Source: Candidatus Blautia avicola
GTDB taxonomy: Bacteria; Bacillota; Clostridia; Lachnospirales; Lachnospiraceae
Direction of reading: 5' to 3'
DNA: 51,717 bases
NCBI GenBank assembly: GCA_019120515.1
Contig: DWUY01000107.1
Span: 1 to 51,717 of the forward strand
Positions 10,774 through 18,677 of this stretch are shown piece after piece; the first letter of the stretch is position 1; each line of letters begins with the position of its first letter. The notes under the pieces were generated by a model, which saw only the letters and a program-made list of their open reading frames with translations, did no database searches and had not been told where the DNA came from. The position numbers and the translations under genes were made by a program.

Positions 10774-11049
10774 ATGAACAGAACAGAATTAGTTGCTGCT
10801 ATGGCAGAGAAAACACAGTTATCCAAGAAAGATGCAGAAGCAGCTTTAAAAGCTTTCGTTGACGTTGTATCTGAAGAAATGAAGAAAGGTGAAAAAGTTC
10901 AGTTAGTTGGATTCGGTACTTTCGAAGTTTCCGAGAGAGCTGCAAGAGAAGGAAGAAATCCTCAGACTGGAGAGGCTATGACAATCGCAGCTTCTAAAAC
11001 TCCAAAGTTCAAAGCTGGAAAAGCTTTAAAGGATTTAGTGAACGCATAA
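10774..11049 (+). CDS. hup: DNA-binding protein HU
   Basis: GFGTFEV...RNPQTGE...PKFKAGKALKD; strong codon bias; RBS AGGAGG. Confidence 0.97.
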   Translation: MNRTELVAAMAEKTQLSKKDAEAALKAFVDVVSEEMKKGEKVQLVGFGTFEVSERAAREGRNPQTGEAMTIAASKTPKFKAGKALKDLVNA

Positions 11050-11055
11050 TAGAAA

Positions 11056-11295
11056 ATGAGACTTGATAAATATTTAAAGGTATCCCGTCTGATCAAGAGA
11101 AGGACCGTAGCAAATGAAGCCTGCGATGCAGGCCGTGTACTCATTAACGGCAAACCTGCCAAGGCATCCGCCCAGGTAAAAGCAGGCGATATCCTGGAGA
11201 TCCAGTTCGGGAGCAGAACTGTTCGTGTAGAAGTACTGGACGTACAGGAAACAGTAAAAAAAGAAGCAGCCAGCGAGCTGTTCAAATACCTGTGA
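11056..11295 (+). CDS. yabO: RNA-binding S4 domain protein YabO (RqcP)
   Basis: MRLDKYLKVSRLIKRRTVANEACDAGRV. Confidence 0.93.
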   Translation: MRLDKYLKVSRLIKRRTVANEACDAGRVLINGKPAKASAQVKAGDILEIQFGSRTVRVEVLDVQETVKKEAASELFKYL

Positions 11296-11518
11296 CACCA
11301 GGGCCGAAAGGTCATGGATTTCATGCTTGCATGAAAATCCATGAATTTGAGGCCCGCCAAAACATGAAAAAGGAGCCCGGCAGGGCGGATTTTGAATGTT
11401 TTCAGGATTTCGGGAGCCCGAAGGGCGGAGAAATCCGTAGTGTCACGTGATCAGATAGAATAATACCGAAAGGTCATGGATTTCATGCTTGCATGAAAAT
11501 CCATGAATTTGAGGCCCG
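11292..11518. repeat. Structured intergenic element with an exact 53-bp direct repeat
   Basis: 11304-11356 equals 11466-11518. GTGACAC (11292-11298) and GTGTCAC (11440-11446) enclose three hairpins. Confidence 0.85.
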
Positions 11519-11527
11519 TATGGAAAG

Positions 11528-11556
11528 GCATATTCAGGATCGATCTCCCATATAAT
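11528..11556 (+). promoter_or_regulatory. sigmaE-type promoter of yabP
   Basis: GCATATT, 14 bp, CATATAAT; yabP is sigmaE-dependent in Bacillus subtilis. Confidence 0.7.
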
Positions 11557-11594
11557 CTTTCATAAGGAAGAGAATATGGGGGATCGATTTTCTT

Positions 11595-11879
11595 TTGGAA
11601 GAAAAACAGATCAAAAAAGCCCACTGCCTGCAGCTCACAGACCGGCAGAAAGGGTGTATCCAAGGGGTGCGGGATGTAAATTCCTTTGATGAAAAGGAGA
11701 TCAGTCTGGTGACAGAGGCGGGGACCCTTTCCATAAAAGGGGAGGGGCTTCATGTGACCCGTCTGGACCTGGAAAGACAGGAGGTCGATATAGAGGGAAA
11801 AGTGGACAGTCTGATATACAGCCAGGGGATTACCAAAGCCAAGGGGGGAGAAGGAATGCTGAAAAGGCTGTTTCAATGA
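11595..11879 (+). CDS. yabP: Sporulation protein YabP
   Basis: GVRDVNSFDEKEI...GTLSIKGEGLHV...IEGKVDSLIY; TTG start; conserved gene order. Confidence 0.92.
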   Translation: MEEKQIKKAHCLQLTDRQKGCIQGVRDVNSFDEKEISLVTEAGTLSIKGEGLHVTRLDLERQEVDIEGKVDSLIYSQGITKAKGGEGMLKRLFQ

Positions 11880-12373
11880 CCCACATGAGCAGCTATATGC
11901 GGGGAGAACTGCTGCTTGCCGCAGATGCCTTCCTGGCAGGCGTCTTTCTGGCAGTCTGTTATGATATTCTCCGCATTTTCAGAAACATTGCAGATCACAG
12001 CCCGCTTTGGGTGGGTATAGAGGATATTCTGTACTGGTGTGCTTCAGGGATATATCTGTTTAACCTGATTTATAGGGAAAATGATGGTATGATACGCATC
12101 TATGTCCTGTTATTTACAGGATTGGGCGCCTTGCTGTATCATGCCGGTCCCAGTATGATTTTGGTGAAATATATATCTGCTATTTTGAGGAAAATAGGAA
12201 GGTTCCTGGGAATTATAGGAAGGCCTATTAGAATATGCAGAAAAAGGTTGAAATTTTGGCTGGTGAGAGTTAAAATTGCCCTATATGAACGAAAGCCCAT
12301 ACAAAGAATCAGGAAGCGTTGGAATGAAAAAAGCAAAAAAAAGAAAATCACAGACCAGGATCGCAATGGTTAG
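11876..12373 (+). CDS. yabQ: Spore cortex biosynthesis protein YabQ
   Basis: YDILRIFR...EDILYW...NDGMIRIY membrane protein; lies between yabP and divIC. Start could be 11885. Confidence 0.85.
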   Translation: MTHMSSYMRGELLLAADAFLAGVFLAVCYDILRIFRNIADHSPLWVGIEDILYWCASGIYLFNLIYRENDGMIRIYVLLFTGLGALLYHAGPSMILVKYISAILRKIGRFLGIIGRPIRICRKRLKFWLVRVKIALYERKPIQRIRKRWNEKSKKKKITDQDRNG

Positions 12374-12809
12374 TATTACTTTTGTGGTAGGTATCCTCTT
12401 TGTGGGAATGATGTGGAAAAGCGTTGCTCTGCAGGAACAGCTTACTTCATACGATTCTCAGATCAAGGATCTGGACCGGCAGATCGAGGAGGAAGAGGGA
12501 CGGACCACAGAGATCGATGATCTGAAGGATTATATGAAGACAGACGAATATGTAGAGGAGACAGCCAGAGAAAAGCTGGGGCTGGTTAAGGAAAATGAGA
12601 TCGTCTTTAAAGAAGGGGAAGCGGAGAAAGGCGCCTCGGATACTGGCAGTTCTCAGGGTACGCACAGCGCTGGGGACACCCAGGACAGTGAGGATACCGG
12701 CGGCAGCGGAAACCGGCAGAATACAGAAGACTCTCAGACCAGCAGGGATTCTCAGAATGGAGATACTTCCCGGCAGACTGCAGGGGACTCCGAAGAAGCA
12801 GAGGGATAA
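12324..12809 (+). CDS. divIC: Septum formation initiator DivIC/FtsB with a long low-complexity tail
   Basis: Basic N-terminus, one TM segment, coiled coil, DEYVEETAREKLGLVKENEIVF. ATG at 12324 preferred over the TTG at 12276. Confidence 0.85.
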   Translation: MKKAKKRKSQTRIAMVSITFVVGILFVGMMWKSVALQEQLTSYDSQIKDLDRQIEEEEGRTTEIDDLKDYMKTDEYVEETAREKLGLVKENEIVFKEGEAEKGASDTGSSQGTHSAGDTQDSEDTGGSGNRQNTEDSQTSRDSQNGDTSRQTAGDSEEAEG

Positions 12810-12853
12810 ATGAGGATTTTTGTCTGAAAAATTTTTTCTCCAGGAGACGGTAT

Positions 12854-12886
12854 TTGACAAAATTCAGAGAGAAAAGCATCTATAAT
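12854..12886 (+). promoter_or_regulatory. Long-spacer, Spo0A-type promoter of spoIIE
   Basis: TTGACA (12854-12859), 21-bp spacer, TATAAT (12881-12886); TTTGACA resembles a reversed 0A box. Confidence 0.65.
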
Positions 12887-12926
12887 ACTCTTCTGATAGC
12901 GGTTGCTTAATCAGGGAGGGAAGAAG

Positions 12927-14414
12927 ATGCAGGAATGGATTATTGCCATGCTCGTGATCAGCGTACTGCTGTTATTACGTGACATGGCAAAAACTATTTT
13001 TTCAGAGATGAAAAAAAGTGCGGCAGCTTTGGATTATGACCGGCATCCACAGAAAGAAAAAATGCAGCGCTATGCGGAATCCTTCCAAAAGCTGGCAAAC
13101 AGCTTCTACGGCATGCCATGCAGAAAGGACTATCTTTCCAGTTCGGAACTGAAGGATCTGATAGAGGAGGCCAGGGAAGAGGTATGCAGAAAATGCAGCC
13201 TGAACCAGGTATGCTGGACCCAGCACTATCCTCAGACTTATCAGAGGGTTTACGGGCTTTTGCGGATCCTGGAAGAAAAGGACGAGGAAAAACTGAGGAA
13301 AGCAAGGGCAGATCTGACGGGAGTATGTGTGAACCAGGGAAAACTGGTTCAGGAACTTCAGCGGATCATGGACAGAGAACGGCAGAACCTTATCTGGAAT
13401 AATAAACTGTTGGAGAATCGAATGGCGGTAGCCCAGCAACTGGGAGAGATGGCTCAGCTTATGAAGCTTTTATCCAAAGATCTTTTCGACCTGACCGAGG
13501 TGGACATGCAGTTTCGGGACGATTTTGCCAGAAAGCTGAAGAAGCGGCATATCCGGCTGCGGAACATGTGGACGCTAGAACAGCCGGATGGAAAACAGCG
13601 GTATTATGCAGAACTATGTACCAGGGGAGGCACCTGCATCCCTGCCGGGGAAGCAGCAGAAGCCCTTTCTCAGATCTGCGGCTGCAGGATGACAGTGAGG
13701 TCTGAGGGAAAGACTTTGATCACCAAAGATTATGGGGTTCTTGGATTTATGGAGGAAGTAAATTTCAAGATCCTTTATGGAGCGGCCAAGATCACCAAGG
13801 AGAAAGAAACTGTATCCGGAGATAACTATACCTGCGCCGCGGAAGAGAATGGACAATTTTTTATCTGTCTTTCAGACGGCATGGGCTCCGGACTGGAGGC
13901 GTCCAGGGAAAGCGAGACGGTAGTGGATACTCTGGAACAGCTTGTAGAAGCGGGATTTTCCGGAGAAACTGCAGCGAAAATGGTCAATTCCGTGTTGAAC
14001 TTAAAAAATCGGAATGGACGGTTTTCTACAGTGGATATTTCTATCGTGGACCTGTATTCCGGTATGTGCCATTTTTTAAAAGCAGGGGCAGCCACCACCT
14101 TTATCAAGAGAAGCCGCTGGGTGGAGGCGATTTCTTCAACAAGTCTGGCTCTTGGACTGGTACAGCAGGCTGATTTTGAGTCTTCCACCAAAAAACTCTA
14201 TGAAGGAGATTTCCTGATCATGGTCACGGATGGAGTGCTGGATGCCCTGCCTGGGGAGAAACCGGAGGAGACGATGAAGGAGATCATTATGGAAGTAAAT
14301 ACGGCTGCGGCGCAGGAGCTGGGAAAGGGGATCCTGGAAAGAGTCCTTACATACTGTGAATATAAGGCCACAGATGATATGACAGTGCTGGCAGCAGGTT
14401 TATGGAGGAAATAG
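12927..14414 (+). CDS. spoIIE: SpoIIE-family PP2C phosphatase (short form, one N-terminal TM segment)
   Basis: VCRKCSLNQVCW, SGDNY, LSDGMGSG, MVTDGV, DDMTV; sits between divIC and tilS; ATG at 12927 after GGGAGG. Confidence 0.88.
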   Translation: MQEWIIAMLVISVLLLLRDMAKTIFSEMKKSAAALDYDRHPQKEKMQRYAESFQKLANSFYGMPCRKDYLSSSELKDLIEEAREEVCRKCSLNQVCWTQHYPQTYQRVYGLLRILEEKDEEKLRKARADLTGVCVNQGKLVQELQRIMDRERQNLIWNNKLLENRMAVAQQLGEMAQLMKLLSKDLFDLTEVDMQFRDDFARKLKKRHIRLRNMWTLEQPDGKQRYYAELCTRGGTCIPAGEAAEALSQICGCRMTVRSEGKTLITKDYGVLGFMEEVNFKILYGAAKITKEKETVSGDNYTCAAEENGQFFICLSDGMGSGLEASRESETVVDTLEQLVEAGFSGETAAKMVNSVLNLKNRNGRFSTVDISIVDLYSGMCHFLKAGAATTFIKRSRWVEAISSTSLALGLVQQADFESSTKKLYEGDFLIMVTDGVLDALPGEKPEETMKEIIMEVNTAAAQELGKGILERVLTYCEYKATDDMTVLAAGLWRK

Positions 14415-14424
14415 ATACGAGAAG

Positions 14425-15786
14425 ATGAAGATAGAAGAAAAGGTATTTTCCTATATAGAAGAATACAAGATGATAGAAACGGGCAGCCAGGTGCTCCTTG
14501 GGATTTCCGGGGGAGCAGATTCGGTATGCCTGTTGTTTTTGTTAAAAGAATATCAGAAGAAACAGGATTTTGCCCTTCGGGGGATCCATATAAACCATGG
14601 GATCCGGGGAGAAGAAGCGCGCAGAGACCAGGAGTTTACTAAAAAACTCTGCGAGGAACTGAAGATCCCTCTTACTATCCGGTATTGTCCGGTGCCTGAG
14701 ATAGCGGCTGCCCAGAAACTTTCCCTGGAAGAAGCCGGCAGGATCGCCAGGCGCATGGCTTTTGAAGAGGAGGGAAGAGCCTGGGGGCCCAGTCCCGAAA
14801 AATTCCGTATTGCTCTGGCCCATCATGAAAATGACCAGGCAGAAACTGTACTCCACAACCTTATCCGGGGAACGGGAGCCGGGGGACTGGCCGGGATCCG
14901 GCCGGTACAAAAAGAGGGAAAAAAGAACTATATCCGTCCCCTTCTGTGTATTTCCAGAGAGGAAATCCGGGAATATCTGCGACAGAAGGGAAGCTCCTGG
15001 GTGGAAGACAGCACGAATCAGGATCTTTCCTATACCAGAAACAGGATACGGCAGATCCTGATACCGCAGATGGAGCAGATCAATCCCCGGGCGGTAAGCC
15101 ATATAGGGATCACCGCCGGATATATGGCAAAAATAGAGGAATATCTGGAGGAGCAGGCGGATAAACTCTATGGAAGCTATGTAAAGAAACAGGAAGAGCA
15201 GTATGTAGTCTCTGGAAAACTTTCCGGTGAAAAAGAGATCATGCAGGAGTATGTGCTCAGAAAAGTTTTGACCCGGGCAGCCGGAAGTCAGAAGGATATT
15301 GCCAGGATCCATATTGAAGCAGTAAAAAATCTCCTTATGGCAGATACCGGATCCAGCGTATCGCTTCCTTATGACCTGCAGGCCCGTCTGGAATATGGAA
15401 CCCTTGTCATTGGAAGGAAGGAAGAAGAGCAGAGGGAAAAAGTTTCTCTGGAATTCCGGATCTTTCCCTATGAAAAACAGCAAATTCCAGAAAAAACATA
15501 TACGAAATGGTTTGATTATGATAAAATAAAAGACAGTCTTGAGGTAAGATTCCGTTTGCCGGGGGATTATTTTACCATAAGCGCCCAGGGAGGACGGAAG
15601 AAACTGAAAGATTATTTTATTGACTGTAAGATTCCACGCCGGGAGAGAGACAGGATCACTCTTCTGGCTGAAGGCTCCCATATCCTTTGGGCGGTGGGGC
15701 TGCGTATCAGCGGATATTATAAGATTACCAGTCAGACAAAACGAGTGTTAGAAGTACATGTAAAAGGAGTAAAGGAAGATGAGTGA
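14425..15786 (+). CDS. tilS: tRNA(Ile)-lysidine synthase
   Basis: GISGGADS PP-loop, AHHENDQAET, IRPLL, EDSTN, RNRIR. Confidence 0.95.
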   Translation: MKIEEKVFSYIEEYKMIETGSQVLLGISGGADSVCLLFLLKEYQKKQDFALRGIHINHGIRGEEARRDQEFTKKLCEELKIPLTIRYCPVPEIAAAQKLSLEEAGRIARRMAFEEEGRAWGPSPEKFRIALAHHENDQAETVLHNLIRGTGAGGLAGIRPVQKEGKKNYIRPLLCISREEIREYLRQKGSSWVEDSTNQDLSYTRNRIRQILIPQMEQINPRAVSHIGITAGYMAKIEEYLEEQADKLYGSYVKKQEEQYVVSGKLSGEKEIMQEYVLRKVLTRAAGSQKDIARIHIEAVKNLLMADTGSSVSLPYDLQARLEYGTLVIGRKEEEQREKVSLEFRIFPYEKQQIPEKTYTKWFDYDKIKDSLEVRFRLPGDYFTISAQGGRKKLKDYFIDCKIPRRERDRITLLAEGSHILWAVGLRISGYYKITSQTKRVLEVHVKGVKEDE

Positions 15787-16300
15787 AAGAATCCGTCAAC
15801 TGTTAAGTGAAGAGGAAGTAAACCGGCGGATCTGCGAGATCGGAGAGCAGATCAGCAGAGATTATGAAGGAAAATCCGTTCATATGATATGCGTATTGAA
15901 AGGCGGCGTATTTTTTACCTGTGAACTGGCAAAGCGAGTGACGGTTCCGGTGAGTCTTGATTTTATGTCTGTATCCAGCTATGGAAATGATACCAGTTCC
16001 AGCGGTGTAGTGCGTATTGTCAAAGACCTGGATGAGGCTATAGAGGGAAAAGATGTGCTTATCGTAGAGGATATCATAGATTCCGGAAGGACTTTGAGCT
16101 ATCTCATCGAGATCTTGAAACAGAGACATCCCAATAGTATCCGTTTGTGTACTCTTTTGGATAAACCTGAGAGAAGAGTAAAAGATGTGAAGGTAGATTA
16201 TGTATGCTTTAACATTCCCGATGAATTTGTAGTAGGCTACGGGCTGGATTACGCGCAGAGATATAGAAATCTGCCTTATATCGGTGTGGTGGAATTTTAA
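15779..16300 (+). CDS. hpt: Hypoxanthine phosphoribosyltransferase
   Basis: VLKGG, LIVEDIIDSGRTL, FVVGYGLDY. Confidence 0.96.
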   Translation: MSERIRQLLSEEEVNRRICEIGEQISRDYEGKSVHMICVLKGGVFFTCELAKRVTVPVSLDFMSVSSYGNDTSSSGVVRIVKDLDEAIEGKDVLIVEDIIDSGRTLSYLIEILKQRHPNSIRLCTLLDKPERRVKDVKVDYVCFNIPDEFVVGYGLDYAQRYRNLPYIGVVEF

Positions 16301-16301
16301 A

Positions 16302-16362
16302 CAGCGGTTCAGTAAAACGCGGCATAGCAGCAAAAGATGCTGCTTTGTATTGTGAACTGCTG
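16302..16362. repeat. Small palindromic intergenic element
   Basis: CAGCGGTTCA...TGAACTGCTG arms enclose an AGCAGCA/TGCTGCT hairpin. Confidence 0.5.
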
Positions 16363-16403
16363 CGGCAGCAGACGAAATAAGGAAAGAGAGGAGAAACAAA
16401 GAC

Positions 16404-18212
16404 GTGAATAAGCAGGCAAGAAACTGGATGCCGGCTCTGGTGCTTCTATTGCTCATAGTTTTCGGGTTCTGGTTTGTCTCCAGGCAGATGACCCGGGACT
16501 ACAGCTATACAGAGCAGGCATTTCAGCAGGACATAGAGGAAGGAGAGGTATCGCAGGTATATATCCATCCAAACAGAGAGACACCTACCGGCCAGGTAAC
16601 AGTCCGTATGAAAAATGGGGAAGAGCACAGCTTTTATTCTCTGGACGTAAAAGAGTTTCAGGATACTCTGAAGGCGGAGAGCGATGTGGCCATACAGGTG
16701 GCGGATGTACCGGGGGACAATGTGTTTATGACCTCTGTGCTTCCCCTGATCCTTACAGTAGTGCTGGTACTGGTTATCATGAATATGATGAACCGGCAGA
16801 TGTCCGGCGGCAGCAACGCCAAGATGATGAATTTTGGCAAGAGCAGGGCAAAAATGTCTACGGATGCAGATAAAAAAGTAACTTTTAAAGATGTGGCAGG
16901 CCTTCAGGAGGAAAAAGAAGAACTGGAAGAAATCGTAGATTTCTTAAAGGAGCCTCAGAAATATGTGAAGGTAGGGGCCAGGATCCCCAAAGGCGTGCTT
17001 CTTGTAGGACCTCCGGGAACCGGTAAGACCCTTCTGGCAAAGGCTATCGCAGGCGAGGCCGGCGTTCCCTTCTTTTCTATCTCCGGTTCAGATTTTGTAG
17101 AAATGTTCGTAGGCGTAGGCGCTTCCCGTGTCCGGGACCTGTTTGAAGAAGCAAAGAAAAATGCTCCCTGTATCGTGTTTATTGATGAGATCGATGCAGT
17201 GGCAAGACGAAGAGGCACCGGTATGGGAGGAGGCCACGACGAGAGAGAGCAGACCTTGAACCAGCTTCTGGTAGAGATGGACGGTTTCGGGGTAAATGAA
17301 GGGATCATCGTGATGGCAGCTACCAACCGGGTGGATATCCTGGACCCGGCTATCCTGCGTCCCGGCCGCTTTGACAGGAAAGTAGGAGTAGGAAGGCCTG
17401 ACATTAAGGGCAGAGAAGAGATCCTCAGAGTCCATGCGGCAAAGAAGCCCCTTGGCGAGGATGTGGATCTGAAAGAAATTGCCAGGACTACCGCCGGATA
17501 TACAGGGGCTGATCTGGAGAATCTTATGAATGAGGCAGCTATTATTACTGCCAAAGACGGAAGATTTTTTATTAACCAGGGGGATATCCGTCAGGCATTT
17601 ATAAAAACCGGGATCGGCGCAGAGAAGAAGAGCCGGGTGATCTCTGAGAAGGAAAAGAAGATCACTGCTTACCATGAGGCAGGCCACGCCATTCTCTTTC
17701 ATCTGCTGCCGGAGATGGGGCCTGTTCATACGATCTCCATTATCCCTACAGGAATGGGCGCGGCAGGTTATACCATGCCTCTCCCGGAACAGGATGAGAT
17801 GTTTAACAGCAAGAAGAAGATGCTGGAGAATATTGTGGTGGATCTGGGCGGACGTGTAGCAGAGGAGCTGATCTTCCATGACATTACCACCGGCGCCTCC
17901 CAGGATATCAAGCAGGCTACTCAGATGGCCAGAGCTATGGTGACCCAGTATGGAATGTCTGAAAAGGTAGGTATGATCCAGTATGGCGGTGATGAAGACG
18001 AAGTCTTCATTGGCAGGGATTTCGGTCATACCAAGAATTATGCAGACCAGACGGCGGCTCTTATTGACAGTGAAGTCAAGAGGATCATTGATGAGTCCTA
18101 TATCAAGGCCAAAGAAATCCTTTCTCAGAATGAAGAAGTGCTCCATAAATGCGCAGCTTTGCTGATCGAGAAGGAAAAAATCGGCAGAGAAGAGTTTGAA
18201 GCTCTGTTTTAG
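16404..18212 (+). CDS. ftsH: ATP-dependent zinc metalloprotease FtsH
   Basis: Two TM segments, [26 protein letters not shown]; GTG start. Confidence 0.97.
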   Translation: MNKQARNWMPALVLLLLIVFGFWFVSRQMTRDYSYTEQAFQQDIEEGEVSQVYIHPNRETPTGQVTVRMKNGEEHSFYSLDVKEFQDTLKAESDVAIQVADVPGDNVFMTSVLPLILTVVLVLVIMNMMNRQMSGGSNAKMMNFGKSRAKMSTDADKKVTFKDVAGLQEEKEELEEIVDFLKEPQKYVKVGARIPKGVLLVGPPGTGKTLLAKAIAGEAGVPFFSISGSDFVEMFVGVGASRVRDLFEEAKKNAPCIVFIDEIDAVARRRGTGMGGGHDEREQTLNQLLVEMDGFGVNEGIIVMAATNRVDILDPAILRPGRFDRKVGVGRPDIKGREEILRVHAAKKPLGEDVDLKEIARTTAGYTGADLENLMNEAAIITAKDGRFFINQGDIRQAFIKTGIGAEKKSRVISEKEKKITAYHEAGHAILFHLLPEMGPVHTISIIPTGMGAAGYTMPLPEQDEMFNSKKKMLENIVVDLGGRVAEELIFHDITTGASQDIKQATQMARAMVTQYGMSEKVGMIQYGGDEDEVFIGRDFGHTKNYADQTAALIDSEVKRIIDESYIKAKEILSQNEEVLHKCAALLIEKEKIGREEFEALF

Positions 18213-18346
18213 CGGGTTTTTATGCAGAATATCATAGATATGTGAAAAGTGGACGGACCAGTTATGTTAAAATTGGTCAAAAAAAATTACGAAAAAAAGT
18301 CAAGATTGTGCAGACTTTTTTTGTGGGGCATGCTATTATAATTACT

Positions 18347-18439
18347 GTAAAAACCCCCCAATACATTATATAGTTTTTGCTACACCCCATAAGAAGAAAT
18401 ACCTTCTCCAAAACAGCCAGTCAGCAGACTGGCTGTTTT
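18347..18439 (+). ncRNA. Candidate small RNA with C-rich motifs
   Basis: Extended -10 region TGCTATTATAAT (18331-18342), 5' hairpin, C-rich single-stranded stretches and a perfect terminator at 18410-18439; no ORF. Confidence 0.6.
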
Positions 18440-18454
18440 ACTATGCAAAAATAC

Positions 18455-18533
18455 AGCTATTCAGCAATATAAAACTTTTGCACGCGAGCCTGCGCCAGTT
18501 TTCCTCCGCCCAGGTCCCTGTGACTGAATAGTT
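18455..18533. repeat. Small element with terminal inverted repeats
   Basis: AGCTATTCAG (18455-18464) and CTGAATAGTT (18524-18533). Confidence 0.55.
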
Positions 18534-18677
18534 AAGTAAAAATAACAAAAAATGTATGAAAAATCTGTGGAAATAGTGGTTGTATATATGGACCTGGTAG
18601 GATAGAATAATAATATGAAGTAATTCAGCAAAGCAGGAACAGGATTAGGTTTTGCTAAAATATGGAGAGGATGCAGT

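Noticed and set aside
11304-11518. Direct repeats read as a CRISPR array
   Set aside because: Only two 53-bp units with a 109-bp structured interval, and no cas genes.
10962-11876. Minus-strand ORFs sharing the peptide GLKFMDFHASMKSMTFR
   Set aside because: This is a translation of the 53-bp DNA repeat; both ORFs are antisense to real genes.
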